DNA of 64,000 nt from an uncultured Leifsonia sp. (GTDB taxonomy: Bacteria; Actinomycetota; Actinomycetes; Actinomycetales; Microbacteriaceae): the NCBI RefSeq assembly GCF_963518615.1, contig NZ_CAUQKC010000001.1. One strand, written 5' to 3'. Every line of letters starts with the position of its first letter. The first letter of the stretch is position 1. Positions 44,879 to 54,242 of this stretch are shown here, in pieces. The notes under the pieces are model-generated. The model was not told where the DNA came from. It did no database searches and was given only the letters and a program-made list of their open reading frames with translations. A program made the translations under genes and the position numbers.

Positions 44879-46906
44879 TCACTCCTTCGTGTTCGTTGGC
44901 TGGGATGATCGGCAGGCGCAGTCGCCTCCCGCACGGCACGCGTCGCCGTGCCCGCTGCGAGCGTCGTCCGGCAGGTCCAGGGTGGGGTTCCGATCGAGGA
45001 AGCCGTGCGGTTTGAACCAGAATCCGGAGTAGTCGACAGGCATCACCGGCCAGTCCTCGGTACGCGGGAAGTGCGTCGGCCCGAACTGGTGCCACAGGAC
45101 GATGTCCTCGCCGTCGATACTGCGGTTGGCCGCCGTCCAGGCCGGTAATCCCTGGAACCCGGAACTCTGACTCGGATACGTGCCTGCGGGGAAGATCTCG
45201 TCCTCCGCATAGCGCGTCGCCCAGAGGTGGCGCGTCGCGAAGTTCGCGCGGGCCGCCACCGTCGACCCGGGCTGGGCGAGCAACGGCGCCTTCCCTTCGG
45301 GGATGAGGCAGTACCCGGTCGGCCTGCCGACGTGGTTCTTCCGATGCGCACTCCGCACATCCCACACTCGCGCGCGGAGCCCGTCGGCGAGACGCTTCGC
45401 CGAGGCCTCGTCCTTCAGCTGGCTGTCGGACCACGTGAAGGCGTTGCCACGCCGGTTGAGCGGCCCCATCGGCAACGGCACCGCCTCGATCTCGTGCACC
45501 GTGTTGTCCTCGCCGTCGATGGCGACGTCGAGCCGCGCGGAGAACAGATGCTGGTGCACCGGAGTGAAGACGCCGGGCGAGACCTCCGTGTTGTGAGGGC
45601 TCTCCGTTCCTGGCAGGCCCGCGCCGGCGAAGACAACGCCCGTCGCTTTCGCTTCCACCTGGATCGAACCGTCGAGGTAGAAATACCAGAAGAATCCGTA
45701 GTCGTAATTGCCGACCGTGGCGAAGTAGCTGATCACAAGGCGTCGGCTCCGGCGGGTGTCGGGATGGCCTTCGAGATCGGTGTGCTTCCACTGGATCCCG
45801 TAATCCTCTTCGTGCATGCAGACGACGCGGTCCAGCTTCACCGGATTGCCCAGGTCGTCGTTCACGAAGGCGTCGAAATAGTGGATGACACCGAGGCAAT
45901 CGCACCCCAGCAAGAGGGAGTTCGCGTTACGCCCGAGCAGATACTCGCCGGCGTCGAAATAGCTCACCCAGTATCTGGTCTCGTCGACATCGCCGTATGG
46001 CACGACCATCTCCGGAATGCTCGCCCTGGTGAGGACGGAGCGGTCCTCATCACCGTCCCTCCACGAGACCGTGCTCAGAACGAGGCCCTCGCGCGCGTTG
46101 AAGCCGACGTGCAGTTTCCAGTTCTCCCACTGCACACTGTTGCCGTCGACGGAGAAGCTCGGACCTTCCGGCATGGTGATCTCGATCGGCTTCAGGCTGG
46201 TCCGCGCCGGGCCCTGGGCGGCGAGACCGTAATTCCCGTGCTCCATGGGGGTCGGGATGGCACCCTCGTCGTAGATCTCGAACACGCGCCGCTCGACCAT
46301 GTCGACCTTAACGATGAGCCCTTCCACGGGATGCGCCCACGGGCTGTCCCCCTCGTTCGGCACGAGGTAGGTGAGCGAACGCAGGAACCGGCGTCCCTCG
46401 TTCCCGGACTCCTCCGGGAAGTAGCCGGGAGCCAGTGGCGAGCAGAAGCACGTCTTCGTGTACTCGGCGAGCCCGCGCCGCTTCATCGCCGCGCGCCATC
46501 CCGCGTCGGATTTCACGATGTCGGCGACCTCGAAGAACTCCTCCATCAGAACAGCGGCCTGACCGCGTTCCGGGGTGTCCGGCAGCACGGACCTCGTGAT
46601 GACCGCGCCCTGTGTGATCGAGACGAGCACCTCCGAATGCTCGCCGCTCGACCGGTCGATCAGGGTCGCGCGCGCTCGTCGCTCGAAAGGCTGCCCCGGC
46701 CGCCATTTCGCCAGAGCGGCTTTGGCCGGGTCGACGGGGAGCAGCATCGCCACCCGCACGTGTTCGGTCAGCAGCCCCGCTTCGTGCAGGACCTCCCTGA
46801 TCCTCGAGATGTCAGTCGCGCTGAGCGGATCGAGCGGATGCTGCGCGTGGACAGGTGTGCTGACCCGCTGACCGTGGGTGTGCGTCGTATCGGGGGCGTG
46901 CGTCAT
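44879..46906 (-). CDS. tynA: Copper-containing primary amine oxidase (TPQ enzyme, tyramine/phenylethylamine oxidase type)
   Basis: ATG at 46906 follows GAGGAA, 675 aa. TPQ consensus VGNYDYGFFWYFY, Cu ligands VHQHLF and WHQFGPTHFPRTEDWP. Confidence 0.92.
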   Translation of the reverse strand: MTHAPDTTHTHGQRVSTPVHAQHPLDPLSATDISRIREVLHEAGLLTEHVRVAMLLPVDPAKAALAKWRPGQPFERRARATLIDRSSGEHSEVLVSITQGAVITRSVLPDTPERGQAAVLMEEFFEVADIVKSDAGWRAAMKRRGLAEYTKTCFCSPLAPGYFPEESGNEGRRFLRSLTYLVPNEGDSPWAHPVEGLIVKVDMVERRVFEIYDEGAIPTPMEHGNYGLAAQGPARTSLKPIEITMPEGPSFSVDGNSVQWENWKLHVGFNAREGLVLSTVSWRDGDEDRSVLTRASIPEMVVPYGDVDETRYWVSYFDAGEYLLGRNANSLLLGCDCLGVIHYFDAFVNDDLGNPVKLDRVVCMHEEDYGIQWKHTDLEGHPDTRRSRRLVISYFATVGNYDYGFFWYFYLDGSIQVEAKATGVVFAGAGLPGTESPHNTEVSPGVFTPVHQHLFSARLDVAIDGEDNTVHEIEAVPLPMGPLNRRGNAFTWSDSQLKDEASAKRLADGLRARVWDVRSAHRKNHVGRPTGYCLIPEGKAPLLAQPGSTVAARANFATRHLWATRYAEDEIFPAGTYPSQSSGFQGLPAWTAANRSIDGEDIVLWHQFGPTHFPRTEDWPVMPVDYSGFWFKPHGFLDRNPTLDLPDDARSGHGDACRAGGDCACRSSQPTNTKE

Positions 46907-47132
46907 CGGTTTCCTCGGCTCTGAGCAGATGCGTGCTGAACCCAGCCTCCCCTGTCCGCGAGCCTCGGCGGCGGTGAGCCGGAGCGATGAGCAACGCCAG
47001 ACAAGAAGTCCCCCGGCTGTGCACCGGCGGTCAAGTGGTGTCGCCGCCTCCGCTCGCCGCCCGGCCGACCTCCCCGGCACGACTGTCGGCGCTAGCCTGC
47101 CGGAGAACGGGAGACGTGCAGGCGGAACTCGA

Positions 47133-48113
47133 TCACCGCGATGCGAAGGCGCGCCGCGACGGCGTCGGTCGCAAGTCCCGTGGCGAGATACCGTAGCTCT
47201 TCTTGAACACCCGGCTGAAGTGGGCCGGGTCCACGAACCCCCAGCGGCCGGCGATCCTGGCGACCGGCTGATCCGCGCAGCGGGGGTCGGAGAGATCGGC
47301 GCGACAGCACTCGAGCCGCCTGTCGCGGATCACTCGCGAGACGGAGGTCGAGTGCTCGGCGAACAGGGCGTACAAATGCCTGAGCGAGATGAAGTGCGCT
47401 GCGGCGATGCTCCGCGGCGAGAGATCCGGCGACCCCAGGTTCGCGTCGATGTATGCGTTGATCTTCTGCAGGAGTTCCTCGTGCGGATCGCGCGCGGTCG
47501 ATTCGACGTCCAGGATGGCGGACAGCAGCGTGGTCATGAGCTCGATGCTCGCGTGCGCCAGTTTCGTCCGAGTTGCCGGCGGGAGGGTACGCAGCTGGGG
47601 CGACGCCTGTCCGATGAAGTCAGCGACCACACTCGACAGCGGGTGCTTCTCCCGCAGCGAGACCGCCGTCACCGAGTCGGCGAAGGCGCTCGGCAGCATG
47701 AGGCGGTCTTTGGGGTACATCATGACGAGGTCGCGGAAGGACTCCTCGAAGAGAAGAGAGTACGGCCGGGACGTGTCGTAGAACGAGATGTCGCCCGGGC
47801 GCATCACCGCCTCGCGACCGTCCTGGATGAGCACAGAGGACCCGGACAGCATGACACTGACCTTGTAGAAGCCGCTGCCCCCGCGTTCGATCGTCTCCGC
47901 CGTCCGGGTGACGAGCTGGGGTGTGGCATCCACTTCGGTGAAGTGAGCGCCGCAGGCTCGTGCGGTCGCCAGAGCGCCGGAGAACGGCCGTGGAGACTCG
48001 GCGGAAACCTGAAGGGGAACGAACGACGTGTTCACTGCTTCGCAGTAGCGCTCGAAGGCCGCCGTTCGCACGACTGTCGGAGCCGATTCGCCGCGACTCT
48101 GCATGGAACTCAC
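47133..48113 (-). CDS. AraC family transcriptional regulator (FeaR-like, AraC-binding-like N-domain)
   Basis: 326 aa. C-terminal double HTH (IAAAHFISLRHLYALF..., IAGRWGFVDPAHFSRVFKKSYGISP). Confidence 0.88.
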   Translation of the reverse strand: MSSMQSRGESAPTVVRTAAFERYCEAVNTSFVPLQVSAESPRPFSGALATARACGAHFTEVDATPQLVTRTAETIERGGSGFYKVSVMLSGSSVLIQDGREAVMRPGDISFYDTSRPYSLLFEESFRDLVMMYPKDRLMLPSAFADSVTAVSLREKHPLSSVVADFIGQASPQLRTLPPATRTKLAHASIELMTTLLSAILDVESTARDPHEELLQKINAYIDANLGSPDLSPRSIAAAHFISLRHLYALFAEHSTSVSRVIRDRRLECCRADLSDPRCADQPVARIAGRWGFVDPAHFSRVFKKSYGISPRDLRPTPSRRAFASR

Positions 48114-48250
48114 CTCACGGGATCACGCCGTCTACGTCGCTGTAGCCGGCCTCACCTGAACGATTGGTCGGTGATTGTGCACCGTATCGGCGTTCCACAC
48201 CGGAGTCAAACGCGCGAAGGGATGAGGACTGACGACCATGGGGGTGCCGC

Positions 48251-49762
48251 TCACGAGGCGCCCGGCTCCGAATCGGCCGGATCCCGCACCGCTCCGCTCT
48301 CCGCGGCGGACTCGGCGAGTTCCTCATCGAATCTCTCGAGATCCTCCGAGAGCCCCTCGTAGACCTCGGGCTTTCGCGACCTGAGATGAGCGCCGTACAG
48401 GATTCCTCCGATGACCGCGACGACGAGGATCCACGGAAGCACCAGGACGTATGGCTCATCGGAGCCCGCCACGGTCCCGAAATTGACGACGGCCATCGTG
48501 CTGAGAACCGCGAGCGCAACGAACCCGAGCCCGGGTGCGATGAATGTGCTCCACCAGCGAGGGTCATGTCGCGCGCGAAAGTGGGCGACCACGGCGAGCG
48601 CCGCGATCGCCTGAACGATCACGATCGCGAGGGTGGCGAATCCGAGACCGACGGGCACCAGTGTCGCGATCGACGGGACGTCGGGGAACACGGTCCTGAA
48701 GATCGCCGCGATGAGGACCGCGAAGATGAAGTTCGCGAGGAGCGCCCGCTGCGGGGATCCCTGTGCGTTCGTTCTGGCGAGCCAGGCCGGCAGCACGTGC
48801 GCCCGCCCGAGCGAGAAGAGGTAACGGCCTGCCGAGTTGTGGAACGCGAGTTGCGCGGCGAAGAGGCTGACGACCACGAGGACCAGGGCGATGATGACGC
48901 CGGACTCCCCGAGGTAGTCGCCGATGATCACGAGCGTCAGATCGCCGGCTTCCATGTGCTCGACGGCCTGGCTCTGAGCGTCGTTCACGCCGAGAGCGCT
49001 GACGATCGCCCAGGCGGCGATCGCATGCATGAGACCGATGACGATGATGGCGGCGTAGGTCGCCCGGGGAATGGTTCGACGGGGGTCCTTCGCCTCCTCG
49101 CCGAACAGCGCGGTGGCCTCGAAGCCGATGAACGCGGTCGCCGCCAGCAGCAGGCCGATCCACAGCGAACCGCTCGTGATCACCTGTGGCGTGAAGACCG
49201 CGGGGTCGAAGCCCGTTCGCACGAGGACCGAAATGCTGAAGGTGCAGACCATGACGACCTCGAGCACGAGCGCGACGCCGAGCACGACAGCGCTGACGTG
49301 GATTCCCGAGACGGCGAGAACGAAGACGACGGCGAAGAGAGCGAGGCCGGTCCAGAACCAGTCGAGGGTGACCGCGCCTCCCGTGATCTGCGGCACGACG
49401 ACCATTCCGGCGAAGAAGCCGATGGTGCCGAGGGCGCCGGCGACGAAGGCGTTGTAGCCGATCGTTGCGATGATGCCCGTGATGAGCCCGGCGACTCTGC
49501 CCAACCCCTTCACTGCGATGGCATAGAAGCCGCCGGCATTCGTCAGCTCCTTTGTCATCTGCGCGTAGCCGATCGCGAACAAGAGCAGCGCCGCCGCCAC
49601 GAGCAGGATGGCCACGGGGATCCCGCCGCCGTTGCCGAGCGCGATCGCGAGCGGAAGCACGACGACGAGCACCGTCATCGGCGCCACCGCTGCAAGGACG
49701 AGAAAGACGATCGCCCCGACTCCGAGCCTGTTCCTCGCGAGATGAGCACGCGACTCTGCCAT
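48251..49762 (-). CDS. APC superfamily amino acid/amine permease
   Basis: ATG at 49762 follows AAGGAG. 503 aa, 12-13 TM. GAIVFLVLAAVAPMTV...GGFYAIAVKGLG. Confidence 0.88.
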   Translation of the reverse strand: MAESRAHLARNRLGVGAIVFLVLAAVAPMTVLVVVLPLAIALGNGGGIPVAILLVAAALLLFAIGYAQMTKELTNAGGFYAIAVKGLGRVAGLITGIIATIGYNAFVAGALGTIGFFAGMVVVPQITGGAVTLDWFWTGLALFAVVFVLAVSGIHVSAVVLGVALVLEVVMVCTFSISVLVRTGFDPAVFTPQVITSGSLWIGLLLAATAFIGFEATALFGEEAKDPRRTIPRATYAAIIVIGLMHAIAAWAIVSALGVNDAQSQAVEHMEAGDLTLVIIGDYLGESGVIIALVLVVVSLFAAQLAFHNSAGRYLFSLGRAHVLPAWLARTNAQGSPQRALLANFIFAVLIAAIFRTVFPDVPSIATLVPVGLGFATLAIVIVQAIAALAVVAHFRARHDPRWWSTFIAPGLGFVALAVLSTMAVVNFGTVAGSDEPYVLVLPWILVVAVIGGILYGAHLRSRKPEVYEGLSEDLERFDEELAESAAESGAVRDPADSEPGAS

Positions 49763-49997
49763 ATTCGTCTCCTTCGTTGGAGGGCCACGCGGACCGGTGG
49801 ATTCGAAGTCCAGCACAGGCCCCCTGGCGTGTCCATGCGGCGGGACAAAGGCTGCACGGACGGAAAAGCCCCAGCACGGGGAGCCAAATCGGCGGACACC
49901 CGCTCCCGACGGCATGGTCGCGCGCTGCGGCGCGCTCAAGGCACCTGCGACGACTCCGCGTCCCTGCGCACGCGGTCGCGGCGCTGCCGACGCGGCC

Positions 49998-50999
49998 TCA
50001 TGAACCGTCTTCCCGCACGTCCAGCAGAACGTAGAAATCCGGGCGGTCCTCGTCCGCGACGCCTGGTTCCAGCGATGCGAAGAACTCGTACTCCTCCGCA
50101 TCTGCGATCTCCGACCGGGCCTCCAGAGCCTCGAGCCATTCGGGCGGCACGACCGAGAAGCCCACCGTTTCCGCTCGCGCGCCCGTGGACACGTCCTCGT
50201 CGAACAGTGCGTGCAACAGCTTGAGGAGATAGCTGCGCGGATCCGTCGGGAGGCCTGGACGGTGGAGACGTGCTTCGCTCTCGGCGTCTCCGGGCTCCGT
50301 ACCGTCCGGGCCTGGGCCGCCGGGCGGGTCGTCGCCGCCGCCGGCCGACGTCTGCGTCGCCGGCGAGCAGAACATGCACTCCCACGCGATCGCGCCGCTG
50401 TTCAGGTCCGCGGTGCTCGGCACGGGCGGCACGGACGCAGGGTTCGGCGGCATCCAATAGCGCACCCAGTGGGCGTCCATGAGGGTGACGCCCAGCGGGG
50501 AGAAGCGCGCAGCGGACGGATCGTGCCGCTGCAACGGTGAGCGACAGCAGTGCCCCAGGGCGACCGACGACGCGGCGAAGTCACCGAAGTCGCCGTTGTA
50601 CATGGCGTAGACGGGCGCGTGCCCCTGGGCGTGGGAGGTCCGGATGAGCCGTTCGAGCTGCAGTTCCTTGCTGGTGCCGCCCGCCGTCGTCGGCACGTCG
50701 TAGTGGTGGTTGAGCTTCTCGTACCGACCGGACGGATAGAGCTTCTTCGCCTGCACCCGCATCGTCCCGAAGCCGCGGGGTGATCGCACCGTCCACACCC
50801 AGTCGTGCCCTTCGCGGGACTCGACGGCCCTGGACGGCTTCTGAACAACGGTGACAGCGCCCACCCGCCGCCCGAGTTCGACGAGCGCGATCTCCGTCAG
50901 GGTCTCCTCGTTCGGCAGGAACCGGGGATGCCCGCTGCCGGCGTCTCGGATGAACTCATGGATCAGTCGCGATACCTCGCGCATTCCTCGCATCGACAC
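49998..50999 (-). CDS. Hypothetical protein with N-terminal PD-(D/E)xK / Mrr-like nuclease signature and acidic C-terminal region (tentative)
   Basis: 333 aa. E36/E41 ... GHD66WVW ... RVQ83AK85KLY spacing resembles the D...QxK core of Mrr-type restriction-fold nucleases. Also has a PGG-rich linker and an E/D-rich tail. Confidence 0.55.
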   Translation of the reverse strand: MSMRGMREVSRLIHEFIRDAGSGHPRFLPNEETLTEIALVELGRRVGAVTVVQKPSRAVESREGHDWVWTVRSPRGFGTMRVQAKKLYPSGRYEKLNHHYDVPTTAGGTSKELQLERLIRTSHAQGHAPVYAMYNGDFGDFAASSVALGHCCRSPLQRHDPSAARFSPLGVTLMDAHWVRYWMPPNPASVPPVPSTADLNSGAIAWECMFCSPATQTSAGGGDDPPGGPGPDGTEPGDAESEARLHRPGLPTDPRSYLLKLLHALFDEDVSTGARAETVGFSVVPPEWLEALEARSEIADAEEYEFFASLEPGVADEDRPDFYVLLDVREDGS

Positions 51000-51112
51000 C
51001 CGGCCAGCTTAACGAGGACGCGGGACACTCCGGGGCCATCGGTCGTCCGGCTTCCTTACGCCGCATGACGGCGGCACTCGCGCGCGGGCGGGGACTGCGG
51101 CACAGTGTCGCA

Positions 51113-52297
51113 ATGAGTTTCGCACCGGCACGACCCCTGGAGCAGCTGTTCGCCTCCCGGTCGAGCATCAAGTGGCGCCGCTATCCCGCCGATGTGCTGC
51201 CGGTGTTCGTCGCGGAGATGGACTTCGACGTCGAGCCGGCCATTCTGGACCGGGTCGCGGACACGCTGCGGAACTCGGACACCGGCTACCTCGACTCCGC
51301 GGGCCCGCTCGGGCCGGCGTTCGCCGACTTCGCGTGGAGCTCGTGGCACTGGGGCGTCGACCCGGAGTGGGTGCACATCGCGACCGACGTCACAGTCGGC
51401 GTCGTGGAGACGCTGCGGCTGGTGCTGCCGCCGGCCGGCGGCCGGGTGGTGCTCACTCCCCCGGTCTACCCGCCGTTCTTCGAGATGATCGAGGAGGCGG
51501 ACGCCGTCGCGGTGACGGTGCCGCTGCGCGAGGATGCGGGCTGGAGTCTCGACCTCGACGGCATCGAGGCCGCGTTCGCCGCGGGAGCCGACGCCCTGCT
51601 GCTGTGCAACCCGCAGAACCCGACCGGGCGATGTCACAGCCGGCAGAGCCTGGAGGCGCTCGCCCGTCTCGCCGCCCGCTACGGGGTGTTCGTCGTCAGC
51701 GACGAGGTGCACGCGCCGCTCGCGCATCCCGGGGCCCGGTTCACGCCGTTCGCGCCCGTCGCGCGCGCCGCCGGCGCACGCGCCGTCACCGTCACCTCGG
51801 CGAGCAAGGCCTGGAACCTGGCCGGGCTGAAGTGCGCCGTGGTCGTCGCCGCCGAGCCCGCGAGCGCTACCCTGCTCACCCGGCTCCCCGAGGAGCTCGC
51901 CGCACGCACCAGCATCCTCGGCCTGCACGCCAACGTCGCCGCGCTGTCGTGCCTCGGCTGGCGCGACGCGCTGCTGCAGCGCATCGTCGAGAACCAGCGG
52001 CTGCTGGAGGCCGAGCTGGCCGCGAAGGCCCCGGCCGTCAGCGCCGTGCGGGCCGACGCCGGCTACCTGGTCTGGCTCGACTTCCGCGCCACCGCGCTCG
52101 GCGACGACCCCGCGCGCACGCTCATCGACGTCGGCCGTGTCGCGCTCAACTCCGGGCTCGCGTTCGGGGAGCAGGGGCGCGGCTTCGCCAGGATCAACCT
52201 GGCCTGCGACCCCTCCACCGTGCTGGAGGCGGTGCGGCGCATCGCCCGGACCGTGGAGACGGTCGGCGCGCGGCCCCTCACGGTCGCCGCGGGCTGA
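51113..52297 (+). CDS. MalY/PatB family PLP-dependent cystathionine beta-lyase-like aminotransferase
   Basis: ATG at 51113, 394 aa. IKWRRYPADVLPVFVAEMDF, LCNPQNPTG, SASKAWNLAGLK (PLP Lys). Confidence 0.85.
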   Translation: MSFAPARPLEQLFASRSSIKWRRYPADVLPVFVAEMDFDVEPAILDRVADTLRNSDTGYLDSAGPLGPAFADFAWSSWHWGVDPEWVHIATDVTVGVVETLRLVLPPAGGRVVLTPPVYPPFFEMIEEADAVAVTVPLREDAGWSLDLDGIEAAFAAGADALLLCNPQNPTGRCHSRQSLEALARLAARYGVFVVSDEVHAPLAHPGARFTPFAPVARAAGARAVTVTSASKAWNLAGLKCAVVVAAEPASATLLTRLPEELAARTSILGLHANVAALSCLGWRDALLQRIVENQRLLEAELAAKAPAVSAVRADAGYLVWLDFRATALGDDPARTLIDVGRVALNSGLAFGEQGRGFARINLACDPSTVLEAVRRIARTVETVGARPLTVAAG

Positions 52298-52330
52298 CGG
52301 CGCGACCCCCGCCCCGTACCCTCACGCCCC

Positions 52331-53632
52331 TCATCCCCGCTGTGCGACGTCCAGCGCCTGCTCCAGGTCGTCCAGGATGTCCCGCACGCTCTCCAGCCCG
52401 ATCGAGAGCCGGATCAGGCCCGGCGTGATCCCCGCGGCCAGGCGCTCGTCCTCGGTCAGCTTGGCGTGGATGGTGCTGCCGAGGTGGATGGCGAGCGTGC
52501 GCACATCCCCGATGTGGGTCATCGGCGACACCAGCCGCAGCGCGTCGATGAATCGCCGGGCCGCCTCCCGGCCGCCGGCGAGGTCCAGCGCCACGATCGC
52601 CCCCGCGCCGCGCGGCAGGTACTGTGCGGCGAGCGCGTGGAACGGGTCAGCCTCGAGTCCGGGATAGCGCACGCGCGCGACGGCGGGATGCGCGGCGAGC
52701 CGCTCCGCGACGGCCTGCGCGCTCGCGACGTGCCTGTCCATCCGCAGCGACAGCGTCTCGATGCCGTGCAGCAGCAGGAACGTGGAGGTCGGCGGGACGG
52801 TCGGGCCGTACTCCAGCACGATCACGCTGCGCAGGTACGCGAGGAACGCGCCGGCGCCGAACCGGTCGGCGAACGACGCGACGCCCGGGCGCGGCGGCTC
52901 GGTCAGCTGCGGGAACCGGCCGGAGCCGGCCCAGTCGAACCGGCCGCCGTCCACGATCGCGCCGCCGATGACCGAGCCGTGGCCGGAGAGCCACTTGGAC
53001 GTCGAGTGGATGACGATGTCCGCTCCCCACTCGATCGGCCGCTCCAGGTACGGCGTCGGCACGGTGTTGTCGACCACCAGCGGGACGCCGCCGGCGTGCG
53101 CCAGCCGCGCGATCCGCTCGATGTCGACCACCTGCCCGAGCGGGTTCGGCAGCGACTCGGTGTAGACCGCGCGCGTCTCCGGCCGGAACCGCGCCGCCCA
53201 GTCCGCGTCGTCGGCGTCGTCCGGCACCTCCTCGAACCGGATGCCCTGCCGCTTCAGCACGCCGCGGAACATCTCGCGGGTGCCCTCGTAGAGCGACCGC
53301 GTGACGAGCACGTGGTCGCCTGCTCCGGCGAGCGCGCTGATCGCGGCGGCGATGGCGGCCTGGCCGCTGGCGACCAGGATCCCGTCGACCCCGCCCTCCA
53401 GGTCCGCGATGCGGCGGCCGGCGACCGCGTTGGTCGGGTTCTCGTTGCGCGAGTACGCGCGATTCCGCGCCCGGCCCGCGAAGCGGTCCTCGCCGTCGTC
53501 GAAGCTGTCGAAGACGTACCCGGCGGTCTGGTAGATCGGGGTGACGCGGGCGCCGGCCTCCGCGTCCACGACCGCGCCGGCGTGGATCTGGCGGGTCTCG
53601 AAGTCGAGGGGGCGCGAACAGTCGTCAGCCAT
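52331..53632 (-). CDS. metY: O-acetylhomoserine aminocarboxypropyltransferase / sulfhydrylase
   Basis: ATG at 53632, 433 aa. FETRQIHAG and HSTSKWLSGHG (PLP Lys). Confidence 0.9.
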   Translation of the reverse strand: MADDCSRPLDFETRQIHAGAVVDAEAGARVTPIYQTAGYVFDSFDDGEDRFAGRARNRAYSRNENPTNAVAGRRIADLEGGVDGILVASGQAAIAAAISALAGAGDHVLVTRSLYEGTREMFRGVLKRQGIRFEEVPDDADDADWAARFRPETRAVYTESLPNPLGQVVDIERIARLAHAGGVPLVVDNTVPTPYLERPIEWGADIVIHSTSKWLSGHGSVIGGAIVDGGRFDWAGSGRFPQLTEPPRPGVASFADRFGAGAFLAYLRSVIVLEYGPTVPPTSTFLLLHGIETLSLRMDRHVASAQAVAERLAAHPAVARVRYPGLEADPFHALAAQYLPRGAGAIVALDLAGGREAARRFIDALRLVSPMTHIGDVRTLAIHLGSTIHAKLTEDERLAAGITPGLIRLSIGLESVRDILDDLEQALDVAQRG

Positions 53633-53729
53633 GCGGCAACTGTAGTGACGGCGCGGGCCCCGCGCGCGGGCCGGTTCACGGTTCGTCATGCAGGCGGCGC
53701 GCGGAGCGGACACCGCGCCTGGCGGCGGG

Positions 53730-54242
53730 TCAGCGCCAGCCGTAGCGGGCGTTCAGCGCGTCGCGAACGGCCAGGAACCGGCTCCGGTCCAGCGCTGCCG
53801 CCTCCCGGCGCATCCCCGCCTGCTGCACGCGGAAGACCCGGTCGATGCGGACGAAGCTCGGGCGGTGCCGCCCGTCCCAGTCGCCGGACCCGATCGGCAG
53901 GTAGTCGGGTCGCCCGGGATGCTCCTGGCTGGTCAGCGCGACCGCCAGCACCGACCCGGATGGCTCGGCCGCGACGACGAGGACCGGCCTGTCCTTGCCG
54001 CGGCCGTCCGCCTCCTCGTACGGCACCCAGGTCCAGACGATCTCGCCCGGATCGGCGTCGCCATCCGTGCTGGGGTTGTAGGAGGTGCGAATGCGGCCGA
54101 GCCCGCGCGGGTCGACCTGAACCGTCGCCGCGGCACCGGAGCGACCGGGCGAGAGCTCTGCGTCAGTGCGCTCCGGCGGACGGGCCTTCGGAGCGAACAG
54201 CCTCGACAGCGCGCTCAGGATCCGGGATGCCACGCCTCGCAC
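53730..54242 (-). CDS. PemK/MazF-fold protein with ~55-aa N-terminal extension (orphan, no visible antitoxin)
   Basis: 170 aa. DPGEIVWTWVPYEEADGRGKDRPVLVVAAEP...LAVALTSQ...SFVRIDRVFRV follows the MazF/PemK SH3-like barrel pattern. The GTG start at 54242 lies 80 nt inside the upstream gene. Confidence 0.6.
   Translation of the reverse strand: MRGVASRILSALSRLFAPKARPPERTDAELSPGRSGAAATVQVDPRGLGRIRTSYNPSTDGDADPGEIVWTWVPYEEADGRGKDRPVLVVAAEPSGSVLAVALTSQEHPGRPDYLPIGSGDWDGRHRPSFVRIDRVFRVQQAGMRREAAALDRSRFLAVRDALNARYGWR

Noticed and set aside
53633-53729. Possible SAM riboswitch (SAM-IV type) in the metY leader.
   Set aside because: The leader is only ~97 nt. It has a UGACG...CGUCA stem, but it lacks the conserved core strings I recall for SAM-IV (for example GGCAACC and the AUGAG-type P1). 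I cannot support it without a covariance-model scan.
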